Assembly (NCBI GenBank): GCA_951406725.2
Contig: OX597827.1
Span: forward strand, 46,500,001-46,564,000
Source: Octopus vulgaris
Taxonomy: Eukaryota
Direction: 5' to 3'
Length of the DNA stretch: 64,000 bases
Under the pieces are notes generated by a model. The model did no database searches and had not been told where the DNA came from. It saw nothing but the letters and a program-made list of their open reading frames with translations. Below are positions 12,826 through 24,200 of the stretch, piece by piece; within the stretch, counting starts at the first letter, position 1; the number at the start of each line of letters is the position of its first letter. Both the position numbers and the translations under genes were made by a program.

Positions 12826-12885
<60 letters not shown>

Positions 12886-13424
12886 TCTTCACCATTCAAA
12901 CTGACAGAAAGATAGATGCAAATAGGCCAGACATCATATTGAAAGACTTCAAACAAAGAACATGCCTCCTCCCTGAGGTTAATTTCCCGATAGAAATAAT
13001 TGTGTCTGTCAAGACCTACCAAAAACTGAGCAAATATAAAGATCTTGAAATAGAAATCAGCAAAATGTGGAACCTGAAGACTAAAACAATACCTGTTGTC
13101 AAAGGGGCTGATAGCTACCTAACTCAGATACCAGGAAACCTCAAAATGGCAGAAATTCAAAAGATAGTGCTCATGGGAACTGCTCATATCCTACGCAAAA
13201 TACTTTCTATGTAATCTCAAGGTTTAAAACAAACATAATTTTCGGTTTAAAAAGAAAGAAAAAAAAAACTTTTTTTAGACATTCATTAGTACAACACCAC
13301 CCCCCAAATATATGGCACACTAGGCATAACAACAACATGAACTTCCAACCCTGTTGTCTCTTGAGGTCTCTGGGTGAGACTTGGAGCCAACTTGTACAAA
13401 TATAAAGCAAAAGTCAAACATAGA
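12886..13424 (+). mobile_element. R4/Dong-clade LINE 3' end (RLE endonuclease) inserted in (AAT)n
   Basis: IQTDRKIDANRPDIILKD..KLSKYKDLEIEISKMW..EIQKIVLMGTAHILRKILSM*; (AAT)n on both sides. Confidence 0.85.
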
Positions 13425-13470
13425 ATAATAATAATAATAATAATGATAATAATAATAATAATAATAATAA

Positions 13471-13784
13471 GGGAATGATAGCAAAAGGGACTGATTCCTA
13501 CCTAGCTCAGATACCAGGAAACCCCAAAATGTCATAAATTGAAAAGCTAATGCTCATGGAAACTGCCCATATCTTACGTAAAATCCTGTCTATATAATCT
13601 CAAATTTTAAAACAAACTTATAATTTTCCTATGCTTTCTTAAACATTCTCTAGAACAATATTATGTGCAAAACCAAATATTTGACACTCTAGGCATAACA
13701 CCAACATGAACTTCTAACTTGTCTCTTGAGGTCTCTGGGTGAGACTGGGAGCCAACTTGTACAAATACAGAGCAAAAGTCAAAC

Positions 13785-13787
<3 letters not shown>
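13471..13787 (+). mobile_element. Second, shorter R4/Dong 3' end in tandem, also flanked by (AAT)n
   Basis: Homologous to about 13100..13424, with the same 3' terminus gcaaaagtcaaacata. Confidence 0.82.
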
Positions 13788-13834
<47 letters not shown>

Positions 13835-14673
13835 TCAATAATAATTCTTTCTAAAATAGGCCCATGGCCTGAAATTTGGGAGAGGGGACTAATCAATTTC
13901 ATTGGCCTCAGTACATGACTGGTGCTTTATTTTTACAACCCCAGAAGACTGAAAAGCAAAATTGACCCTGGTAAGATTTGAAGTCAGAAAATTCTAACTG
14001 GGTCCCACCTGCAAGGTCATGCACTGTTTATCTTGATTTGAGATCATCATGTTGCACACAAATTGTTGTGATGCATGTGCCTAGTGTACCCTTATCAGAC
14101 GGGTATATTGTATATTTGTACATTCGTATATTTGTACCCCAGTGTCACTATGATGGCATGCACTGCTCTGATAATAATAATCCTTTCTTCTAAAGGCACA
14201 AGGTCTGAAATTTTGAGTGGAAGGGACTAGTCACTAACATCAACTCCAGTGAGTAACTGGCATTTATTTCATCGACTCCACAAGGATGAAAGACAAAGTT
14301 GACCTCAGCAGAATTTGAACTCAGAATGTTGGAGCAGACAAAATACTTTTTGCCCAGCATGCTAATGATTCTGCCAGTTCACTGCCGTAATAATAATAAT
14401 AATAATAATAATTATAATTATTATTATTATTATTTCAAATATTTGCCACAAGGACAGCTTGGGGCAGGTGGGGATGAGTCGATTACATCAACCCCAGTTT
14501 TCAACTGGTACTAATTTTATCGACCCCTCTCCCCCGTAAAAGGATGAAAGGCAAAGTCAACTTCAGCAGAATTTGAACTCAGAATGTAGTGACAGGTGAA
14601 ATACTACTAGGCATTTCATCCAGCACACTAATGGTTCTGCCAGCTCACTGAATAATAATAATAATAATAATAT

Positions 14674-15221
14674 ACCCGGCAGGACAAGTGAGACCATAAC
14701 CCGTGGCCTCTGCCTGGGATGAAGCCAGTCCACTTATGCATACCTTTCCTTCTTATGACACAAAAGTCTACTTGTGAAGACCTGTTGAGGTAAGTGAAAA
14801 TCGAAATCGATTAACATCAATGGAAATTGTAGCTGTGATACCAGTGCCGGTGCCACGTAAGAGAACCATCCGAACGTGGCTGTTGCCAGCACCGCCCCGA
14901 TTGGCCTCCGTGCCGGTGGCACATAAAAAGCACCATCCGATCGTGGCCATTTGCCAGCCTCGTCTGGCACCTGTGCAGGTGGCACGTAAAAAGCACCATC
15001 CAATCGTGGCCGTTTGCCAGCCTCGTCTGGCACCTATGCAGGCGGCACGTAAAAACCACCCACTACACTCACGGAGTGGTTGGCGTTAGGAAGGGCATCC
15101 AGCTGTAGAAACACTGCCAGATCAGACTGGGCCTGGAGCAGCCTTCTGGCTTCCCAGACCCCAGTTGAACCGTCCAACCCATGCTAGCATGGAAAGCGGA
15201 CGTTAAACGATGATGATGATG
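14674..15221 (+). mobile_element. RTE 3' end/UTR copy with internal tandem units of about 60 bp
   Basis: Begins at the TRQDK* codons and has the same (GAT)n tail. Other copies lie at about 10169..10514 (+) and 31105..31355 (-), with fragments near 42075, 42500, 48260, 49010 and 52750. Confidence 0.75.
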
Positions 15222-15763
15222 AATAATCCTTTCCAGTATTGGCACAAGGCCTAGAATTTGGGGGAAGGGAGAAAATCGATTACATTGACCTCAGTACATG
15301 ACTGGTACTTATTTTATTGACCCAGAAAGGATAGAACGCAATGTCAATCTTGACAGAATTTAAACTCAGAACACAAAGACGGACAAAATGCCATTCTCTT
15401 GATTTTGTCTTAAAATTTAAAAAAGGATACATTGTGTAATGTGGTCTTAGATAAACAAACTGAAGGGATGATCATGACTGATACTTTATTCTCAATTGGG
15501 GCTGACCTGGGATCAAACCACAACCAAAGTTGATTGTCAAAACAGTTCTCTTTTCTGTTTTACTTGCTTCAGTCATTTGACTGTGGCCATGCTGGAGCAC
15601 CGCCTTTTGTCAAGCAAATTGACCCCAGGACTTATTCTTTGTAAGCCTTGTATTTATTCTATCAGTCTCTTTTGCCAAACCGCTAATGTTACGAGGACGT
15701 AAACGCACCAGCATTGGTTGTCAAGCGACGTTGGTGGGGACAAACACAGGCACACAAACACAT

Positions 15764-15808
<45 letters not shown>

Positions 15809-15960
15809 CGATGGGCTTCTTTCCGTTTCCATCTACCAAATCCACTCACAAGGCTTTGGTCGGCCTGAGGCTATAGTAGAAGACAGTTGCCCAAGGTGCC
15901 ACACAATGAGACTGAACCCGGAACCATGTGGTTCGTAAGCAAGCTACTTACCACACAGCC

Positions 15961-16340
15961 AATGCATGTCGACATACAGCTGCCCACACTGTTAAAAGCA
16001 TTGAAAGCTTATTTTTAAAGCTGCTAGACTACTCTGCATACAGAATAGATCTCACCTTTTCTGACTATGACCTCTATGGAGTGCTCAAACATTCTTTACA
16101 AGGTCATCCATTTGCTACACAGTGAAAGAAGCATGGAGAGTGGTGTGCATAAATGGCTGCACAACTGGCCAAAATACTTCTACTCCAATGGAATAAACAA
16201 ACTTGTGAACCATTGAAAGAAATGCATTGAAAAACAAGGAGATTATGTCAAAAACTTGTGTAATTGTCCAATCTCTGCTTTTGTTTTAATAAAGTACAGA
16301 AACAAAAGTGTGTATAATTTTATAATTATATTGCTTGACA
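15961..16340 (+). mobile_element. Mariner (DD34D-type) transposase C-terminal relic
   Basis: NACRHTA..YSAYRIDLTFSDYDLYGVLKHSL..HKWL..FYSNGINKLV..KCIEKQGDYV matches the mariner HDNARPH / YSPDLAPSDYHLF / KC..GDY pattern. Confidence 0.8.
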
Positions 16341-16591
16341 GTCTATGATATATATATATTATTTAAAGAAATTCCAACTCTGTTTTTTTATGTTTTATTT
16401 ATATTCTTTATAATATTAATGTAGGATATAGAATAAATAGTATAAATAATATATATAGTAAAATGAAATGATGTATTGATTGTCTTATTGATTAGCTGAA
16501 ATATTGAATATAAAATATTAAGGGACTAGTATACTTTCTTGCATTAAAGCAGTCTTCAAGGTCCCAGGTTGTGACAGGAGTGTTTCAAGGA

Positions 16592-16644
<53 letters not shown>

Positions 16645-16656
16645 CATACATACATT

Positions 16657-17180
16657 CAGGGTGACCCCAAAAAATCAGAACCCACAAATCTTTGAATAAA
16701 TCTGTTTGAATAAAACAACACAGAGGGATAGAGCAAGATGAACAGTAGTTCCAGCAAGATGAGGCCACCACTACCACGCATCAAATGACTCCCTAGCCTG
16801 GCTGAGAGAATGATTTCAGGAGAGACTGATCAGCAGGAAGTGCGATGTTCAGTGGGCACCACATTCACCGGACTTGAACTCCCACCAGATTTTTATCTGT
16901 GGGGGTATCTCAAGGATAATGTTTACCAGAACAACCCTCAAACGATTGGTAAATTAGAGCAGAAATCAGGGAAATCCCTATAGAGGAATGTGTTCAAGTA
17001 ATTTAGAATGCTGCGCGGCGTGTGCCATTTGGAGCATATTTTGAAAAGAGCATGACTCTTATGCAACGAGAATGATTGTACACAGACTGAAGTTTAAGTC
17101 CAGCAAATTTCAAGAAATTTGTGAACCTTTGTAGGATCTAATAAAATTTTTATGGGTTCTGCTTTTTTGGGGTCACCCTG
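16657..17180 (+). mobile_element. Internally deleted Tc1/mariner element, DD41D (rosa/VS-like)
   Basis: TIRs CAGGGTGACCCCAAAAAA.CAGAACCCA at both ends. FQQD..WAPHSPDLN..DFYLWGYLKDNVY with about 41 residues between D2 and D3 after two frameshifts. Confidence 0.8.
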
Positions 17181-17701
17181 CATATATATATATACATAAA
17201 TTAAATTAGAGATAAAACCACTATTAGGCAAATCAAACAATGAAAAACATAAACCAAAACATATAAATAAATATAATTAATATAATATACAAAATATATA
17301 AAATATAAAATTTAAAATATTTAAATTTAAAATTTTTAATTTATATTTATAAATTTTTATATTTTTAAAATATTTTTTAAATTTTAAATTAAAAAATTTT
17401 TTAATTTAAAATTTTTTTTTAAAATATATATAACTATCAAAAAGTATTAAAAAGTTTAATACAAGATAATAAGTAAAACCACTTTTTTTTTTTAATATAT
17501 ATAACTATCAAAAAGGTATCCACTTTCCATTCTGGCATAGGTTGGACAGTTTGACATGGAGCTGGTTTGCAGGGAGATGTCCAGACTCCAATTGTCTGTT
17601 ATGACATGGTTTCTATGGGTGGATATGCTTCCTGTATATAAAAGAAAAGAACACGAGTATATAATTTGGGTAACTACTAGTTGCATCTATAGTGTGATTT
17701 C

Positions 17702-17736
<35 letters not shown>

Positions 17737-18149
17737 CGCGCACGTGTGACCCCCACTTAACCTTTGTTGGTTTTTTTTAAATGTCAAAGGAGCCAGATAG
17801 AATAAGTAACGGGCCTTTAAAAAATCAGTACTAGGGTCGATTTGTTCAATTAAATCCATTGACAGAAACAATATGTATGTATGTATGTATGTGTGTGTGT
17901 GTGTGTGTGTGTGTAATGGATTCCCGTCGATTTCGACGGTGAGAATTCAGTTCGATTAACTTCAACTACCTGCTCGGATTGAATTAGTGTAAATGACTGA
18001 ACATTGTTTAGATAGGTGGGCTGTGCCTATCCTAAGGATAGCCTACGGGTATCCTTAATATAAATTCCATGTAAAAAATCAACCTAAGTCTGACAAGATT
18101 GGACAGGCACAATCCAACAGAAGAACTCTCGTATAGTTTCCGTCTTCCT

Positions 18150-18787
18150 AATTTCGTTCACCGTCTTTTAATATATTCTCTCTCTCTTTATGTGTGTCTA
18201 TCTATTTCCTTTTATTAATTCTCTCCATTTCTGTCTCATATCTTATTGTATTTCATTTATTTTTCTGCCTTTTCTCTTCCTTTTTCATAATTAAACGAAT
18301 ACCTTTTTTCTGTCCTCATCACTCATTAATTTTTTATCGCTATACCTTTCTGATTTTCTCTCTCTCTCTCTCTCTTTCAGTCTATTCTTTTCTAATTCTC
18401 TTTTATTCTTTCTTTCTTCTGTCTATTTTCGCCGGTTTATTGCGGTCTACTACCCTCCCTTTACCACCAGCCCTGCTATTGTTATCCCTCACTAACGTCC
18501 TTTATTTTTTCTTCCTCTCTCACCCTCTCTCTATTTCTCTATCTCTATTCCTTTCTAACATTCTTTTCCGATCTCTCTATCTAACACACTCTACCTCCTT
18601 TCTCACGGCTCATCGCCTCTTTACTCCCCCTCTCATCCTATTCTATTGATATCCTCTCTCACTCCTTCTCTTCCTTTCTTCTCTGTTACTCTTTCACTCA
18701 TTCTCTCCCTCCCCCTCTCTCTATTTACCTAATAGTAATGGACTTGTTGCCATCATTTGATTGGTCGCTTCATCACATGTAACAACC
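18150..18787 (+). promoter_or_regulatory. SUCLG1 5' region: about 570-bp polypyrimidine tract and a reverse CCAAT box (ATTGG 18760..18764)
   Basis: Lies directly upstream of the exon 1 ATG; the TSS cannot be determined from sequence. Confidence 0.4.
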
Positions 18788-18821
18788 ATGGCTGTGTGCA
18801 GGTCTGTCGCAAGACTTCTCG
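18788..18821 (+). CDS. SUCLG1: SUCLG1 exon 1 ([11 protein letters not shown]+1 nt), start of the mitochondrial presequence
   Basis: Start context aaccATGG; Arg/Ser/Ala-rich peptide with no acidic residues; donor G|gtatgt in phase 1 matches exon 2 (G+TT=Val). Assigned by fit, not by homology. Confidence 0.78.
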
Positions 18822-19088
18822 GTATGTATCAAACAATTAGACGGACAACCATTTAATTTATTACTTTACAATCACCCATTTTCTGCCATGTTGCTACCTT
18901 TAACTAATTTATATTTTTTTTATATATAAATATATATATATATATCTCTATATATATGAGTATTATCCAAATCAGTGCCTCCATGTCACGTTGTTTTTCC
19001 CTCACATCATCGAAGCCACTACACAATCAATCATTAACTCGTGTTAATTTTTACCCTGATTTACCTTTCTGTTATACGTTTGAACTAG

Positions 19089-19129
<41 letters not shown>

Positions 19130-21229
19130 AATCCATTTATTTTATTCTCTCTCAACTTAACTGTAGTTTCAATGTGATCGAATTTATATCGAGCCATTGA
19201 GGGTGTCCCTTGTACGGTTGCTGGACTCGTTAAGAAATTGTAGCTAAATCTTCCTGAAATCTTACATCTAAAAAAGGAAGAGTACATTTGAAGGTGTTCT
19301 CTGTGGACACAGACTCAGTACGTCCGAAACAATAACAAAATACGAGATGGCCACTTCTGGAACGTCTTTTATCATAGGTCTCCTCGTTCAGGACTGACGT
19401 GGGAATCAGTGACAACGTGAAACGTTTTGATAGTCATTGATTCCGACGTTGGCATAAGACCACTGATTAAAAAGGTGAACGGAATGTTTTCGAATGAATC
19501 CGACTTCAGTATATGTTTGTCTAGTATTTCTTTATTTAATGGACTCTGGAAAGATTGAATGAAAATGAGAGACAACCTCCGGCGAGATTTAAACTCGTAA
19601 CTTAGTAAGATAAAATAGCAGGCGCTTACTCATCATTGTCCTTACCCTGTCATTTAAATAATCATTATAGCACCTTATAGCAGTTTTTGATTTAAGGTAC
19701 AAGATCAGTAGTTTTGAAAAGAGTATATTTGTCGATACCGTAGATCCCCAGCACTTGACTGGTACTTTATTTTATCGAACTCGGTGGGATGAAAGGCAAA
19801 GTTGACCTCGGCTGGCTTTGAACTCAGAACTACTTGTACCCTCTAACGATGTAATTAGTTACAGGTGAACGTTGGAACATTCGGACGACATGTACGCGCA
19901 TACGTTTCAAGGTACAAATTAGAAATTAGTGGAGTATTTGTTTATGTGGTAGCGGTTAATGAAGAGTCAAGAAGATTCTTCCGAATGCATATGATGTATG
20001 TGATGACGAGAGAAACTACAGGACAAATGATGTCTCAAATTCCCTTAGAATGTAAAAACCCGAATACAGCATATATATCTAATTTCTTTCTTGCTGGACC
20101 AAGTCCCAGTTTACGTCACAAAATCCTACCTCATTTTTATACGTTGTATACGTTACAGAAAAAAGTATTATTTTTTATTCTACATTTAAAATATAACAAA
20201 ATTATTTTTATTGATATATAAAGCTTTATTACTATAAACGTCTCTGTCCGGATGACTATTTGCTGTCATTTTTGTTGGCTCCGTATGAATAAATGATTCA
20301 TTTACTGTTTTGCCCTTGACCCTTGAGTTTTTGATTTATTTCTTCATCTTTCCACTCAAATGTCTGCAACTAGACTAAACCACAACATTCACATAAACTG
20401 CTTTATTTATATATATATGGGGGAACTGTTTATTGGTCACTTCCTTTACTTCGGACTATCCCACCAGCTAATTCGGGCACCCGTTTGTTTATAATTCCGA
20501 TTCAGAATCTTAGCGGAGTTGACATTGTTTTACGTCCTTCCACGTAAAAACGAAAAGGTAGGGGAGATGGAGGTCGATAAACTACAAATCTAATCAAATG
20601 TTGTGTAGGAGGCGATAGACTGTCAGTATTCTTCCTCCCCCAAAACATGTGGCCTTGAGCCAATGTTAGAAATAATTAACAACTTTACTTTTTAAATCCA
20701 TGCCTTGTTATCTTCTTTCAGACTATGTAGAGGTAGGGCCTCATATAATAAATAGCCGTTAGCTTATCTGGAATCAACATGACCGACTACATTTATTTAT
20801 CCTCTAAATCTGTGGTGTTAAAAGCAGTTTCTACTGCCATTAATAACCGGTCTCTTAAAGGTTGTATCTTTCTACTCAAATGACCTTGTCTTTCAAATTG
20901 TATTGTCCTTTTTTTTTTTTACCCCCTCTCTATCTCTATTATAACTCTGGGTGTCATTGAAATCGTATTTCTCTCTATATATGTTTGTTTGTATGTACTG
21001 ATCGTATTGTTTACACTTAAAAGTATTCGTCAGCTGTATGTATGGCATACTGCTTGATATATATATATATTGTGTGTGCTATGTGTACATGTAATATGTG
21101 CGTGTATAAGTAAACACATGCAACGTTTTCCCCCTTCCTTGTCATTACCTCGTCCCGGTTATTGACCGACATATTTTCCTGGGGCTTTCGTTTTTTTTTT
21201 AAATTTCTTTGCACCATCGTTTTCTCTCG

Positions 21230-21290
<61 letters not shown>

Positions 21291-24200
21291 GTGTGTATAA
21301 CTCGACGCTAGGTCAGTGTAGATGCTTGAACTGTATAGTCAGTATCATTAGTGGTTAGCCTCATGTCACGCACTTAAGCAGGTCTATGTGATCAAATACA
21401 TTCCGGCGCCACCATCCCTAATGTCCAAGAGACTATGATGCCCACTATATCCTTCTTGCTCTTTTTCAGACTGAAAAGGAGAATATCTGATTTAAGGGGC
21501 GTGAGGTTTATTGCTACGTCTAGTATGTTCAACGTCCGCGTATATTGATTTTACCGATTCTGAATTCCACTAATCAATTAATATATTGCAGCGGTCTTAA
21601 AGCGACGAAAATATTTTGACAAATTAAACTTAAATGTTGAAGTGAATCGAACGGCTTTTGTGTGTTTCTTAAATGGCTTACAAACACCTTCCACGCTGCA
21701 GTTGTTTTCGTTTCAGCACACGATCTCAGATCAAATCACTTGCTATGCAAGTACATCTCTGTAATTAATATATTTTTTTCACACCTACGCTTACGTGAAC
21801 TGCCCGTGATCTTCAGTTCTCACATTCAGCATAGAAATAGCATTTATATCTCCCCCAAATCACATTATACCTTTAAAAAATAACGAAAGTAAACATTGTG
21901 TAATGTTATTCTGGATTTTCTAAAAGAAAATGGGACAGTCAAAGCTGGAATATCTATGGTCATACGCCGCGTAGCTTGACCCGAGGTTAAAAATACAGTA
22001 TTCTCTCTTTCACACTGTAATAATTCATTATGGTTCTTAAGTTTCTGACAGCTATAATCATTGAAATGATGGCTAAAAAATTATTTAACGTATTTTACGA
22101 AATTGTTTCGAGGCGACGAAGTAAATTCTACATGGCTGCTGTGCTAGAAATAGCAGCCAAATCTCCATGACATCACGTCGTAAATAATGAAGTGTACATT
22201 ATTATATACTGTGTGTAGTCCTAAATGCACAATGTCTGGCGGGGAGTGGAAAGTGGGGATATTCACAGCTGCTTTCAATTCTAGATTTCGACCACAGACC
22301 GAACTACAACAATAATATACGGTGTTCGCTCTAATCAGCTTTTTTTTTTTAACTAATCATGTGTTACTTCTTTGTATAACTGTATTTTAGCTAAAGATGC
22401 TCCAGCTTTGACTATCCCATTTTAGATAAGCTTCTTTACAAACGATATGTAAGTTTTTTTATTTCCTTCATTGTCGGTGTCACCTCACCAAGAAACAAAA
22501 CAAAACCGCGGAATGTTATAGGTTCGCTCTCACAGATAATGTCTAAGCAAAAACCATTAATTATTAAGGATGTGAGCTTGTGGGTATAGTAAATCTGTAT
22601 AATGTTCGTGTTTAGCTCACTGGATATTTAAATTAAATCATTTAGCGTAGCACATTGTTTCGTCCCTCGGGGTTCGGTAAAAAGTGCTATTATTCACCGG
22701 AACAGTTGGATCGACCATCATGGATTCTTCGTCGGCCCTGACGATGAGCATTCAGTTTTCAACCACCTGAATTCCTTCTTGTGAAATTAATTAAGGTGTT
22801 GTAAGTTTTAGAATGTTCTGTAATAGACACGTGTACTTTTAACGTAATTCTCAAACAGTGTGGCACACGGCATGATGAAGCCGGCATTTAAAATAGCATT
22901 TACTGAGATTGAAGAAAAAGAATCGATCCTAATACTACTAGACTTGTACTTTATTTATCTTCCCCCGAAATGATGATGTGCATAATTGACTTCTACGGGA
23001 TTTGAACTCAAGTTTATATTCACGCCTACAAAAAGTTGGCTTTGTACCACACACACACACCTTATGCTATAATTTCACATGTGGCCACTTGCCACACCCT
23101 CTAAGGTGCTTTTAGTTGGTTTTAACAATAAAAATTGCGGGCTTTAACGGTAAAATTATTGTGGTTTATAATATTAGAACCGTGAATCGTTAGAAAGCCA
23201 TACGAAAAGGCTTGCGTGTCTTTTCGTTCCGAGTGGGAATCCTGCCGAGAAAGACTTTGCATTTCACCCTCTCGGCTGATAAAATACAAGCTGTCGAGTA
23301 TATTGCGGGATCGTCTAGGTCAAAGGTCACCAACCACCTGGCCGTACAGAAAGAATAATTTTTTTTTAAATTTTATATTTTCGCATTATGTATGTATCGT
23401 GTGTGTTTTATATGTAATAATTAAATTATATGTTATGCTCTTTATTGTGTTTCGAGTCGACGAAATAATAAATTCTATATGACCGCTATGTAGAAATAGC
23501 CATGACATCACGCCGTAAATAATAAAGTGTACATAAATATAGGATAGTCCTAAATACACAATGTCTTGTGATGATCACCCGGTCGGTCCGTGGCAAAATT
23601 GTCATGCATGAAACCGGTCCGTTTGTACCGCTGATTTAGGTTACTGTATTCCCCTCCTAACATATATATACCTTCACATCGAAATGTGTGACCTTGTGGA
23701 GGCGTTTTCTGAAGCTCCCTACCAGTTTCATGTCCCTATCACTCATGTTACCAATGCCCTTGAGAACAATCAAGAATGTTTGTACAGATTTTTCTCTCGT
23801 TCCTTCCTTGCTTCCCATGCATCCGGATTAGTGAGGGGGTAGCGTTGGTAAAGCTAGTACCGGTGATATATTAGTAGTATGGAGTCGATCGCCTTCTCTT
23901 CCTATCCCCCATATACATTTATATGACCTTGTGCTGCCGCGGAAAATCCTTACCTAGCACTTGCTAACCTTGTATATCTTATCCGTTAATTCATTTTTTG
24001 GCAGCGAGAGTTATTTTTCTTTAATTTCGTTTCTTCGCTCGTTCTTCACTATCCTTTTTATCAGTTTCGCTGATTGTAGTGCGGCCATGCTGGGGCACTA
24101 CCTGCAATGTTTCGGTCGATCATGTTGACCTCTGTGCTTATTTTATTTATCTATTTCGCGAACAGCTAAGTTACCAGTGCAACACGAGATTAATATAAAC

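Noticed and set aside
14840-15070. CRISPR-like array of about 60-bp repeats (ggtggcacgtaaaaagcacc)
   Set aside because: Tandem units in the RTE 3' UTR with no unique spacers; eukaryotic context and no cas genes
20995-21040. Minus-strand CTGACGA-atactt..aagtgt-AAAC HHR-like string; also ctg-gag..ctc-GAAA-cagtc at about 47368..47392
   Set aside because: GAAA or CUGANGA core incomplete and no convincing stem I
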